A stretch of DNA of 64,000 nucleotides from Acidimicrobiia bacterium (GTDB lineage: Bacteria; Actinomycetota; Acidimicrobiia; Spongiisociales; ZC4RG35), in contig JBBDML010000014.1 of assembly GCA_040878345.1 (NCBI GenBank), positions 24,544 through 88,543 on the forward strand, in the 5' to 3' direction. This document shows, in pieces, positions 53,448 to 62,727 of the stretch; the first letter of the stretch is position 1; each line of letters starts with the position of its first letter. A model generated the notes under the pieces. It was not told the origin of the DNA. It ran no database searches and was given only the letters and a program-made list of their open reading frames with translations. The position numbers were made by a program, and so were the translations under genes.

Positions 53448-53885
53448 GTGGATCAGCGTCTCAGCCTCATCACCCTGGGTGTGTCCGACCTGGGACGGTC
53501 ACGCGCCTTCTACGAGGCTCTGGGCTGGTCACCCGACGTGGTGATCGACGACGACGTGGTCTTTTTCCAGGCCGGCGACATGGTGCTGGCCCTGTGGGGC
53601 CGGGCCGACCTCGCCAGTGACAGCATGGTCACCGACCGCGGTGGATGGGGCGGGATCACCCTGGCCCACAACGTCAGGACACCCGAAGAGGTTGACCGGG
53701 TCATAGATGAAGCACGCTCCGCTGGGGCGGTAATCGGCCGGGAAGGGGCGGAGACCTCATGGGGCGGCTACTCCGCAGTCTTCATCGATCCCGATGGTCA
53801 CCCATGGGAAGTGGCTCACAATCCGGGCTGGCACCTCGACGAGCGGGGGGCGATCCGCCTGCCCTCTGACCCAACGGCGCCGTGA
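53448..53885 (+). CDS. VOC-family (glyoxalase/bleomycin-resistance fold) protein
   Basis: GTG start at 53448. LSLITLGVSDLGRSRAFYEALGW ... FIDPDGHPWEVAHNP. Confidence 0.85.
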   Translation: MDQRLSLITLGVSDLGRSRAFYEALGWSPDVVIDDDVVFFQAGDMVLALWGRADLASDSMVTDRGGWGGITLAHNVRTPEEVDRVIDEARSAGAVIGREGAETSWGGYSAVFIDPDGHPWEVAHNPGWHLDERGAIRLPSDPTAP

Positions 53886-53983
53886 GAAGTATTTTCGGCT
53901 CTGGTGTCGAATCGTGACGAACCTCTTCGTATAGGGGGTAATGGGACCCGGTAGGTTGCCGGGCCCAACGAAAGGAAACCCTC

Positions 53984-54340
53984 ATGAGCCAGTACCTGTT
54001 GTCCGTCTACTACGACGAGACAGTGCCCGACCCCTCACCGGACCAGATGGCCCAGATGTATCTGGACGTCGAGACCCTCAATGAGAAGATCAGGACCGCT
54101 GGGGCGTGGGTCTTTGGCGGGGGGCTCCACACCCCGGACACCTCCACCGTGGTCCGCCAGTCCGATGGCGAGATCGTGATCACCGACGGCCCGCTGCCCG
54201 AGGCCAAGGAGCAGATCGGTGGTTTCTGGATCATCGACGCCCTCGACCTCGATGCTGCCCTAGCTTGGGCGAAGCAGGCGACGGTCGCCTGCATGGGCCC
54301 GGTCGAGGTCCGCCCATTCCAGGAGGAGCCTCAAGGCTGA
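53984..54340 (+). CDS. YciI-family protein
   Basis: 118 aa. MSQYLLSVYYDE ... ITDGPLPEAKEQIGGFWIIDALDLDAALAWA. Confidence 0.85.
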   Translation: MSQYLLSVYYDETVPDPSPDQMAQMYLDVETLNEKIRTAGAWVFGGGLHTPDTSTVVRQSDGEIVITDGPLPEAKEQIGGFWIIDALDLDAALAWAKQATVACMGPVEVRPFQEEPQG

Positions 54341-54351
54341 CCCCACAGGAG

Positions 54352-55647
54352 ATGTTGGATACCGCAGGGATCGAGACCGTCTTCCGGGAGGAGTCGGCTC
54401 GAGCGATAGCCAGCTTGGTCCGCCGCTTCGGTGACATCGACCTCGCCGAGGAGGCGGTCCAGGAGGCTTTTATGGAGGCGGTGCGGCGATGGCCGGCAGA
54501 TGGGCCGCCCCCCAGCCCGGCGGGGTGGATCATCACCACAGCCAGGAACCGGGCCGTCGACCGACTTCGCCGTGAGTCGCTACGCACCCAACGTCACCTC
54601 GAGGCAATGACCCTGGAAGACGACATGGCGCACCAGACCCATGAGATAGAAGACGACCGCCTCAGGCTGATCTTCACCTGCTGTCACCCGGCTCTGGCTA
54701 CCGCGGCCCAGGTGGCACTGACCTTGAGGCTGATCGGGGGCTTGACCACCCCGGAGATCGCGCGTGCCTTTCTCACCCCCGAATCCACGATGGCCCAACG
54801 CCTGGTCCGGGCCAAGCGCAAGATCAAGGCGGCCAACATCCCCTACCGAGTGCCTGCGGCCGCCGAGCTGTCAGATCGGCTGAAACCGGTCCTCGCCGTT
54901 GGCTATCTGGTGTTCAACGAGGGATTCGTGGCCACCACCGGCGAGCAGCTGACCCGTGACGATCTGGCGGTCGAAGGCATTCGACTGGCCCGACTTCTCT
55001 TCGATCTGATGCCCGACGAGCCGGAGGTGATGGGCCTGCTGGCTCTGATGCTGTTGACCCACTCCCGTCGAGCGGCCCGCGTCGACTCCGAGGGCCGATT
55101 GGTGCGTCTCGCCGACCAGGACCGGCGCCTATGGGACCGGGGCCTGATCGAGGAAGGCCACGAACTGGTGCGACGCTGCCTGCGACGGAATCTCCCCGGG
55201 CCGTATCAGATACAGGCGGCGATCTCTGCGGTTCACACCGATGCCGAGGACGCAGCCGACACCGACTGGGCCCAGGTGTTGGCTCTGTACCGCCAGCTCA
55301 GGGCTTTCGACCCGTCTCCGGTCATCGCTCTCAATCAGGCGGTCGCCCTGGCCGAAGTGGCCGGACCGCAGAGCGGATTGAGCCAGGTCGAGAGCTTGGA
55401 CCTCGAGGGCTACCACCTCTACCACGCGATTCGTGCCGACTTCCTGGCACGCCTCGGGCGAGAGGACGAGGCAATCGAGGCCTATGAGCGGGCCATCGCG
55501 CTGACCTCGAACCAGGCCGAGCTAAACCATCTGAACGCCATGCTGGAGATCATCAGGGCTCGACCGCCCCACCCGACCTCGAGGGTCAGCGGCGATGCGC
55601 CATCGTCCGGTAACGCCGGACCGATAGAGGGGCGAAGACGACGATGA
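54352..55647 (+). CDS. ECF-type sigma factor with a long C-terminal TPR-like extension (the SigJ/DUF6596-type commonly paired with YciI)
   Basis: The ATG is at 54352. Region 2 reads DLAEEAVQEAFMEAVRRWP...GWIITTARNRAVDRLRRE; region 4 reads GGLTTPEIARAFLTPESTMAQRLVRAKRKI. A ~200-aa extension follows. Confidence 0.82.
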   Translation: MLDTAGIETVFREESARAIASLVRRFGDIDLAEEAVQEAFMEAVRRWPADGPPPSPAGWIITTARNRAVDRLRRESLRTQRHLEAMTLEDDMAHQTHEIEDDRLRLIFTCCHPALATAAQVALTLRLIGGLTTPEIARAFLTPESTMAQRLVRAKRKIKAANIPYRVPAAAELSDRLKPVLAVGYLVFNEGFVATTGEQLTRDDLAVEGIRLARLLFDLMPDEPEVMGLLALMLLTHSRRAARVDSEGRLVRLADQDRRLWDRGLIEEGHELVRRCLRRNLPGPYQIQAAISAVHTDAEDAADTDWAQVLALYRQLRAFDPSPVIALNQAVALAEVAGPQSGLSQVESLDLEGYHLYHAIRADFLARLGREDEAIEAYERAIALTSNQAELNHLNAMLEIIRARPPHPTSRVSGDAPSSGNAGPIEGRRRR

Positions 55648-56392
55648 TGATGACCACCCAGATCAGGCTGTAGAGGATCGGGTTCTGAAGCGACCATGCC
55701 GTCGGCTCGGGCGCACCGGCCGGGATGTTCCCGAACAGCTCACGGGCCGCCTGGGTGACCGACGACACCGGGTTCCACTCGGCGAACACCCGGAGAACGG
55801 TGGGGAGGTTCTCGGAAGGAACGAAGGTGTTGGCGATGAATGTCAACGGGAAGATCACCATGAAGCCGGCGTTGTTGATCACCTCCACACTGGGCACGAT
55901 CAACCCGATGTAGGCCATGATCCAGGAGATGGCATAGGCGAACAGGAGGAGCAGCCCGAATCCGGTCAGGGCGTTCAGGATCCCGTCGTGGATCCTCCAC
56001 CCCACCACCAGGCCCGACAGGGCCATGATGATCAGCGACAAGACGTTGTAGACCACATCGCTTGCGGTTCGCCCCAACACCACCGCCGCCCTCGACATCG
56101 GCAAGGACCGGAACCGGTTGATGATGCCTTTCTGCATGTCGTCGGCCAGCCCGGCACCGGTGAAGGTAGCCCCGAACACCACGGTCTGGGCGAAGATCCC
56201 GGCGATGAGGAACTCACGATACGAGCCGCCGGGGATGTCGATGGAGTCCCCAAAGACAAAGGCGAACAGCAGCACGAACATGATCGGGGAGATCAGGACG
56301 AACATCAGGACCTCGGGGACCCGCTTGATCTTGATCAGGTTCCTCTTGGCGATGATCGCCCCATCGGCGAGGGCCGTGGTCACCCGGTTCAT
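55586..56392 (-). CDS. ABC-2 type exporter permease (DrrB-like)
   Basis: 268 aa with six TM helices. 4-nt overlap with the upstream ATPase gene. Confidence 0.85.
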   Translation of the reverse strand: MNRVTTALADGAIIAKRNLIKIKRVPEVLMFVLISPIMFVLLFAFVFGDSIDIPGGSYREFLIAGIFAQTVVFGATFTGAGLADDMQKGIINRFRSLPMSRAAVVLGRTASDVVYNVLSLIIMALSGLVVGWRIHDGILNALTGFGLLLLFAYAISWIMAYIGLIVPSVEVINNAGFMVIFPLTFIANTFVPSENLPTVLRVFAEWNPVSSVTQAARELFGNIPAGAPEPTAWSLQNPILYSLIWVVIIIVVFAPLSVRRYRTMAHRR

Positions 56393-57360
56393 GACGCCGC
56401 CTCCATGACCTCGTCCATGGACTCTTCGGCGCCATGACCGGTGAGGGTCAGGAAGACGTCATCGAGTGTCGGGCGCCTCAGCGTGGCGTCACGCACCTCG
56501 ATTCTCTCGGCGTCGAGCGACCGCAACGCCTGGGTGAGCACCGGGGCGCCACCGGAGACCGGGACCACCAGATGGCGGTTTCGTTGGTCGCTCTGGATCT
56601 CGCCCACTGCGAACTGGCGGAGTACCCGGGCCGCCGCGTCGACCTCACCTTCGCCGACGGTCACCTCGATCCGCTCCCCACCCACCATGGCCTTCAACTG
56701 ATCGGCGGTGCCGTGGGCGATGGCAAGCCCTTGATCGATGACCAGGATGTCGTCGGCGAGGCGGTCCGCCTCCTCGAGGTATTGGGTGGTGAGAAGAAGG
56801 GTGGTGCCCCGGGACACCAGGTCCTGGATGATGGCCCACAGCTCGATCCGGCTCCGTGGATCGAGACCGGAGGTTGGCTCATCGAGGAACAGAACCGGAG
56901 ACTCGGCCACCAGGGCACCGGCGAGGTCGAGACGACGACGCATCCCGCCCGAGTAGGTCTTCACCGGCCGGTCTCCGGCATCGGCCAGATTGAAGCGCTC
57001 GAGGAGCTCACGGGCCCGGGCCACCGACCGGGATTTCCCCAGCCGGTAGAGCCGACCGATCATGTCGAGGTTCTCGAACCCGGTCAGATGCTCGTCCACC
57101 GCGACGTACTGCCCGGACAGCCCGATCCGCTTCCGTACCTCCCCTGGGGCTTTGAGGACATCGGCGCCGGCGACGGTGGCCGACCCGGCGTCGGGCATGG
57201 TCAGGGTGGTGAGGATGGAGACGGCGGTGGTCTTGCCGGCCCCGTTTGGCCCGAGCAGACCAAGGATGGTGCCCTCTGGCACCGAGATGTCGAGGCCGTC
57301 GAGGGCTTTGACCTCGCCGTAATGCTTGACGAGGCCGAACGCTTCGATGATGTCTGGCAT
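56389..57360 (-). CDS. ABC exporter ATP-binding protein (DrrA-like)
   Basis: GPNGAGKTT, YSGGMRRRLDLAGAL, FLDEPT. Confidence 0.9.
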   Translation of the reverse strand: MPDIIEAFGLVKHYGEVKALDGLDISVPEGTILGLLGPNGAGKTTAVSILTTLTMPDAGSATVAGADVLKAPGEVRKRIGLSGQYVAVDEHLTGFENLDMIGRLYRLGKSRSVARARELLERFNLADAGDRPVKTYSGGMRRRLDLAGALVAESPVLFLDEPTSGLDPRSRIELWAIIQDLVSRGTTLLLTTQYLEEADRLADDILVIDQGLAIAHGTADQLKAMVGGERIEVTVGEGEVDAAARVLRQFAVGEIQSDQRNRHLVVPVSGGAPVLTQALRSLDAERIEVRDATLRRPTLDDVFLTLTGHGAEESMDEVMEAAS

Positions 57361-57480
57361 GGGGCTCCGAGAGGTGGTCTTGTGATGAGAGGCGCGGTCA
57401 TCACGGACCGGCGCGAAGACGCAGGTTAGACCATCCCAGGAGTTGGGCCTTCCGGAATCAGCCCGAGGGGCCCGGTTAGC

Positions 57481-57927
57481 GTGGTGGCCAAGATGCCTGG
57501 CCGGGACGAGCCACTGATCACGCCGATCAACCTCCCGACCCCGAATCCTTGGGGCGACGAGGAGACTCCCTACCTCTCCCTAGGTGGCGACCAGCGGGTC
57601 CGCGCCCTGGTGGAGACCCTCTACGACATCATCGAGGCAGAATCCCCCGAGCTGCGGGCGATGTTGCCCACCCTGACCACCGGGTCTCGTCAGAAGCTCT
57701 ATGAGTATCTATCGGGCTGGCTGGGTGGGCCGCCCCTCTACACCGACAAGCGAGGGCCTCCTCAATTGCGGAGACGCCATCTCCCCTTCCCCATCGGGAA
57801 GCCGCAGGCCGATGAGTGGATGCGCTGCATGCGCAAGGCCATGGACCAGACTGGAGTGGAGGGCAAGATCAGGGAGTTCCTCGAGGTCAAGCTGGAGCCA
57901 CTTGCCCAGCACATGATCAACCGCTGA
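57481..57927 (+). CDS. Group II truncated hemoglobin (GlbO-like)
   Basis: LRRRHLPFPIGKPQADEWMRCM plus globin-like helices. GTG 57481 or ATG 57493 as start. Confidence 0.75.
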   Translation: MVAKMPGRDEPLITPINLPTPNPWGDEETPYLSLGGDQRVRALVETLYDIIEAESPELRAMLPTLTTGSRQKLYEYLSGWLGGPPLYTDKRGPPQLRRRHLPFPIGKPQADEWMRCMRKAMDQTGVEGKIREFLEVKLEPLAQHMINR

Positions 57928-57952
57928 CGACGGGGCGCCAGGGGGGCGATGG

Positions 57953-59044
57953 TCAGCCGGTGCTCTCCTGGCCCTCGACCCTGATCTCGGTGGCCTTGAC
58001 TGCCACCCACACCATCAGGCCACGAGCCAGGCCCATGACCTCCTTCGAGGCGCTGGTGAGCTCGGCGGTAAGGGCCAGAGGTGGCCCGATCCGCAACCGC
58101 ACCCGGTCCCCCAGGTCCTCGATCATCTCGATTTCGGTCTTCCAGACGTTCCGGGGGCTCCCTTCCGGTCGGGACCGAAAAAGCGAGACCGCTTGGGGCT
58201 GGATCGTGACCAAGACCTCCCCGGCGACCCGAGAGTCCGCGATCTGGAGTCGGTGGTCGCCAATGGCGACCAACCCGTTCGCCGCATGGCCGACGAAGAG
58301 ATTCGACCCGGCGAGATCGGCGACGTAGCTGGTACGGGGGCGGAGGCGGATCTCGTCGGCGGTGCCCACCTGGGTGACCACACCCCCCTCGAGGACATGG
58401 ATCTCATCGGAGATCAGGAAGGCCTCGGATGGGTCGTGGGTTATCACCACCCGTGGGCCGGTGAACTCCTCGAGATGCTCCGCCAGGGTCCGTCGAAGCC
58501 GGGCCCTAGTGGTGATGTCGAGGGCCGATAGCGGCTCGTCCAGAAGCAGCAAGTCGGGTCCAGTGACCAGCGCCCGCGCCAGTGCCACCCCTTGTGCCTG
58601 CCCACCCGAGAGCTGTCCCGGCTTGTGTCTCTCCAAGCCTGTCAATCCGAGCCGGGCCAGCCAATCTCGGGACCTGGTCAGGGCGTCATCATGGTGAACC
58701 CCGCGGGTACGCAGCCCGAAGGCCACATTCTCGACCACGCTCAAATGTGGGAACAGGAGGTAGTCCTGGAAGACGACCCCGACTCTGCGTTCCTTCGCCG
58801 GCAGGAGGACATCTCTTGCCGGGTCGTCCAGAACGGTCCCGTCGAGCTCGATGATTCCCTCGTCAATCGGAAGCAGCCCGGCGAGGGCGGCCACCGCGGT
58901 CGACTTCCCGGCACCATTCGGGCCAAGCAGGGCGACAGTCCTACCTGGGGGTATCAAGAGTGTCAGCTCGAGTCGGAATGACTCCGACCTCCGCAAGCTG
59001 AATCGGGCGCGGAGACCCCCCCGGGCCGTCACAACGCCTTCCAC
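57953..59044 (-). CDS. modC: Molybdate ABC transporter ATP-binding protein with a C-terminal TOBE-like domain
   Basis: GPNGAGKST, LSGGQAQGVALARAL, LLLDEP. The C-terminal ~120 aa look like a MOP/TOBE domain. Confidence 0.82.
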   Translation of the reverse strand: MEGVVTARGGLRARFSLRRSESFRLELTLLIPPGRTVALLGPNGAGKSTAVAALAGLLPIDEGIIELDGTVLDDPARDVLLPAKERRVGVVFQDYLLFPHLSVVENVAFGLRTRGVHHDDALTRSRDWLARLGLTGLERHKPGQLSGGQAQGVALARALVTGPDLLLLDEPLSALDITTRARLRRTLAEHLEEFTGPRVVITHDPSEAFLISDEIHVLEGGVVTQVGTADEIRLRPRTSYVADLAGSNLFVGHAANGLVAIGDHRLQIADSRVAGEVLVTIQPQAVSLFRSRPEGSPRNVWKTEIEMIEDLGDRVRLRIGPPLALTAELTSASKEVMGLARGLMVWVAVKATEIRVEGQESTG

Positions 59045-59841
59045 CAGCGCTCCCTGAGGGCGATGAGGACCGAGAGTGAGATCACCACCATCACCAGGCT
59101 CAATACCACCGCCACCCCCCGATCGCTCTCCAGGGCGACGAAAACCGCCAACGGCATGGTCTGAGTACGCCCCTGGAGGTTGCCTGCGAAAGTGATGGTG
59201 GCGCCGAACTCTCCGAAGGCACGAGCCCAGGTGAGGAGCATTCCCGCCATCAGGGAGGGCCCGATCATGGGGAGGGTCACCCGCCGCATCACCGTCCAGC
59301 GGCCGGCGCCGAGAGTGGCGGCGGCACCCTCGAATCGTCGATCCATGCTGCGCAATGCTCCCTCGACGGTTATGACCAGGAAGGGCATGGCCACGAAGGT
59401 GTTGGCGACCACCACACCCCAGACGGAGAAAGGCAGCAGCAGCCCGGTGGCCTCATACACGGGCCCCCCCACCAACCCACGTCTCCCCAGGGCGAAGAGC
59501 AGGGCGGCGCCACCGACCACAGGCGGGAGTACCAGCGGCAATGTCACCAACCCCCGCACCAGGGACCGACCGGGGAATTCGATGCGGGCCAGGATCCAGG
59601 CCAAGGGCACGCCAAGGAGAGCGGCGATCCCGGTGGCTGTCAGGGAGGTGACGATCGACAACCTGAGGGCCTCGGTGACCAGGTCATCTGCCAGGAGGCT
59701 GCCCAGCTCGGTCCAAGGAGTCCTTTCGACCAGCCCGATGATCGGCACCACGAACAGGGCCAGCCCCAGGCACCCCAAGACGATGAGGAGCACCGGAAGC
59801 CTATTGGCAGCGCCCCTTCCCCTCGTGCGTTCCTGGCTCAC
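59029..59841 (-). CDS. modB: Molybdate ABC transporter permease
   Basis: 270 aa. CysTW/ModB-type EAA loop (AAATLGAGRWTVMRRVTLP). Confidence 0.85.
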   Translation of the reverse strand: MSQERTRGRGAANRLPVLLIVLGCLGLALFVVPIIGLVERTPWTELGSLLADDLVTEALRLSIVTSLTATGIAALLGVPLAWILARIEFPGRSLVRGLVTLPLVLPPVVGGAALLFALGRRGLVGGPVYEATGLLLPFSVWGVVVANTFVAMPFLVITVEGALRSMDRRFEGAAATLGAGRWTVMRRVTLPMIGPSLMAGMLLTWARAFGEFGATITFAGNLQGRTQTMPLAVFVALESDRGVAVVLSLVMVVISLSVLIALRERWWKAL

Positions 59842-60623
59842 GGCGAGGAGAACCCGTGTCTGATGAGAATGGCCCCGCCGACGCCGGAGAGGACAAACGC
59901 AACAAACGCCTCCGCCGTCTCGGGATTGGGGGCGTCGGCCATGATCCCGATCGGATAGCTGGCCACGATGTTCTCATCGACGGGGATATCGACACCGTCG
60001 ACTGCCCTTTCGGCGGACAGCACATCGGTTACGTAGGTGATGCCGGCGTCGAGCTCTCCCGCCTCGATCTTGGTGAGCAGGCCCCGAACGCTGGGCTCGT
60101 TGGTGTCGATGGCGGGCGTCACACCGGCAGCCCAGAACGCCTGACGAGCCAAGCTGCCGCAGGGGACGTCGGCGGCGCACAGACCGATGAGCAGCTCGTC
60201 TCGGGCGAAGTCCGCCAGGGTGCTGACGTTCGCCGGGTTGCCCGACGGCACCGCGATCTGGAGCAGGTTCCTGGCGAAAACGGTGGGCTCCCCCGCCAGC
60301 CCTCCGGCATCGGCGACCCGTTCCATGTTGGAGGTGTCGGCCGGGGCGAACACGTCGACCGGGGCGCCTTCCAGGATCGCCTCTCTCAAGGCCGAGCTAC
60401 CTCCCAGATTGAGGATCACGTCGACCTGGGGGTTCATTTTCTCGAAGGCCGCCTCGATCTCAGCGAATGCCCCGGTCAGCGAGGAGGCCGCCGAAACCAG
60501 CAACACGCCCCCGACCGGGTCGGAGCTGCACCCCCCCAACAGCACAAGGCACGCCAGCCCAATAACGCCCGATCTCGGCCTGGAAAACACTCTCTCCCAT
60601 TTCGTCTCGTTGTGACTACTCAT
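59838..60623 (-). CDS. modA: Molybdate-binding periplasmic lipoprotein
   Basis: Lipobox LLGGCS. ModA-like sequence (LLVSAASSLTGAFAEI...FGGSSAL-type NLGGSSAL). Confidence 0.82.
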   Translation of the reverse strand: MSSHNETKWERVFSRPRSGVIGLACLVLLGGCSSDPVGGVLLVSAASSLTGAFAEIEAAFEKMNPQVDVILNLGGSSALREAILEGAPVDVFAPADTSNMERVADAGGLAGEPTVFARNLLQIAVPSGNPANVSTLADFARDELLIGLCAADVPCGSLARQAFWAAGVTPAIDTNEPSVRGLLTKIEAGELDAGITYVTDVLSAERAVDGVDIPVDENIVASYPIGIMADAPNPETAEAFVAFVLSGVGGAILIRHGFSSP

Positions 60624-60713
60624 CCTGGAGCCTAACGGCCCAACATGGCAGGCCGCGAGCCGCCGGGCCGGGTCGAGACTCAGGTCAAAGGCCTACCCTC
60701 TGCGGTAGCCGCA

Positions 60714-61295
60714 ATGGAGCCTTCCCGTCTCTCGACCACCGAGTTCGCCGTCCTCGGTCTCATGGCTGAAGCGCCCACCCATGGCTTCGCCGTGTCCAAG
60801 CAGCTCACCCACCATGGTGAGCTCGGGCGGGTGTTCACCGTGCCACGACCGCTGGTCTACCGAGCCCTCGCCCGTTTGGTGGATCTGGGTCTGGTGGAGC
60901 CGGTCAAGACCGAGCCCGGGGATGCCGGGCCTCAGCGGGTGGTCCACCGGGTCAAGTCCATCGGACTGGAGCGGCTCGAGGGGTGGCTCGAGGAACCCGT
61001 CGAGCACGTCCGCGACATCCGGATCGGCTTCCTGCTCAAACTGACCCTGCTTCTGCGGTCAGGTCGGTCGCCCTTGGCTCTGATCAGAGCCCAACGAGCA
61101 GCCTTGGGCTCGACATTGGCTGCGCTCGAAGCGGCCTCGGGTGATACCAGCGACCCGGTGGAGCTCTGGCGACGACACAACGGGGCAGCCACAGGCTCCT
61201 ATCTCGAGCGGCTGGAGCGGGTCCATGGCGGGGGTAGGCCGGGTGGTACGGTTGGTGGCCATCTCGATGAGCGACCTCGACGACCCTCCTGGTGA
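60714..61295 (+). CDS. PadR-family transcriptional regulator
   Basis: Start at ATG 60714 (MEPSRLSTTEFAVLGLMAEAPTHGFAV...). Winged-helix PadR signature. Confidence 0.78.
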   Translation: MEPSRLSTTEFAVLGLMAEAPTHGFAVSKQLTHHGELGRVFTVPRPLVYRALARLVDLGLVEPVKTEPGDAGPQRVVHRVKSIGLERLEGWLEEPVEHVRDIRIGFLLKLTLLLRSGRSPLALIRAQRAALGSTLAALEAASGDTSDPVELWRRHNGAATGSYLERLERVHGGGRPGGTVGGHLDERPRRPSW

Positions 61296-61358
61296 GCCTG
61301 ACTCAGGTCAGGCGGCCTGTCCCACCCACCACGTGACCTTCAGGTCTCTGGTGCAACC

Positions 61359-62624
61359 ATGAGCGGTCTCTGGCCTCAGATCACCTTGGTGGCCTTTCTC
61401 ATACTGGTCAACGCGGTGTTCGCCGGCACCGAGATGGCGCTGGTCTCGCTGCGGGAAGGCCAATTGCAGCGGCTGGAGACGAGGGGAGGGTCTTCTGCGG
61501 TGCTGGCCAAGCTGGCCAGGGACCCCAACCGGTTTCTCGCCACCATCCAGATCGTCATAACCCTGGCTGGTTTCTTCGCCTCGGCCTCGGCGGCGGTAAC
61601 CCTCGCCCAACCGCTCGCCGGGTACCTGACCGTCTTCGGCGACGCCGCCGACGTCATGGCCATCGTGGTCGTGACACTGATCATCTCCTACCTCACCCTG
61701 GTGGTGGGCGAGCTCGCCCCCAAGCGGCTGGCAATGCAGCGGGCCGAGAGTTGGGGGCTCTTCCTGGCGCGACCCCTCTCCGTCGTCGCCACCATCTCGA
61801 AACCGATGGTCTGGCTCCTCTCCCGTTCATCAGACGTCGTAGTCCGTCTCTTTGGCGGCGATCCCTCACAACACGGGGAGGAGGTCACAAAGGAGGAGAT
61901 CCGGGAACTGATCGGAAGCCAGGCCGGATTCAGCCAGCACCAAAGGGTGATCATCTCCGGCGCCTTCGACATCTCCGAGCGGACCCTGCGGGAGATCCTT
62001 CGCCCGCGACGAGAGGTCGTGGTCTTGAGCTCGTCGATCAGCGCCGCCGAGGGGGTGGAAGCGTTGCTCTCCTCGGGGCATTCCAGGGCGCCGGTCGCCG
62101 TCGATGGCGATCTCGACCACGTGGTAGGAGTGATCCATCTCCGTGACCTGATCGGGGGGACCAAAACGGTCGGAGAGCTGGCGAATCCCCCTTTGATCTT
62201 CCCCGAGACGGTGCGGGCGCTGGTGGCGCTGCGACAGATGCAACAGTCGCGTCAACACCTGGCCGTGGTGATCAGCGAGCACGGTGCCGGTGACGGCATC
62301 GTGACGATCGAGGATCTGATAGAGGAGCTGGTCGGCGAGATCTATGACGAGTCGGACCGTGACGTCCTCGCCGTGGAGCGCCGGGCAGACGGTTCCATCG
62401 ATCTGCCGGGCAGGTTCCCGATACACGACCTGATCGATATCGGTGTCGACCTCCCCGAGGGCGATTACACCACCGTTGCCGGGTTGCTCCTCGACGTCCT
62501 GGGACGGCTTCCACAGGAAGCGGGCGACGTCGTTGCCATCGATGAGTGGGAGGCAACAGTCCTCGAGGTGCAGGACCGAGCGATCACCCGGGTCAGGCTC
62601 CGTCGCCTCGACGGTCGGGGCTGA
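61359..62624 (+). CDS. CNNM/TlyC-family membrane protein (DUF21 - CBS pair - CorC_HlyC)
   Basis: 421 aa. LILVNAVFAGTEMALVS, a CBS pair, and a C-terminal transporter-associated domain. Confidence 0.88.
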   Translation: MSGLWPQITLVAFLILVNAVFAGTEMALVSLREGQLQRLETRGGSSAVLAKLARDPNRFLATIQIVITLAGFFASASAAVTLAQPLAGYLTVFGDAADVMAIVVVTLIISYLTLVVGELAPKRLAMQRAESWGLFLARPLSVVATISKPMVWLLSRSSDVVVRLFGGDPSQHGEEVTKEEIRELIGSQAGFSQHQRVIISGAFDISERTLREILRPRREVVVLSSSISAAEGVEALLSSGHSRAPVAVDGDLDHVVGVIHLRDLIGGTKTVGELANPPLIFPETVRALVALRQMQQSRQHLAVVISEHGAGDGIVTIEDLIEELVGEIYDESDRDVLAVERRADGSIDLPGRFPIHDLIDIGVDLPEGDYTTVAGLLLDVLGRLPQEAGDVVAIDEWEATVLEVQDRAITRVRLRRLDGRG

Positions 62625-62727
62625 GCACGGTCAGGCACTCACCTCGATCGCATCGTGTGGTCCCGGTCGGTAGCTTGCACCGTCCGGCGCGGGGCTCACC
62701 ACCGCCGGGAGTCAGGATCTGAGCGAG

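Noticed and set aside
53886-53983. A relatively AT-rich stretch upstream of yciI (…TGTCGAATCGTGACGAACCTCTTCGTATAGGG…), as an ECF or sigma-70 promoter.
   Set aside because: Several alternative -35/-10 pairings are possible and none has convincing spacing. It cannot be resolved without TSS data.
57382-57404. The palindrome GTGATGA-N9-TCATCAC upstream of the DrrA-like ATPase gene, as an operator.
   Set aside because: It is a single 7-bp inverted repeat with no adjacent regulator gene and no second copy in the window. That is too weak to call.
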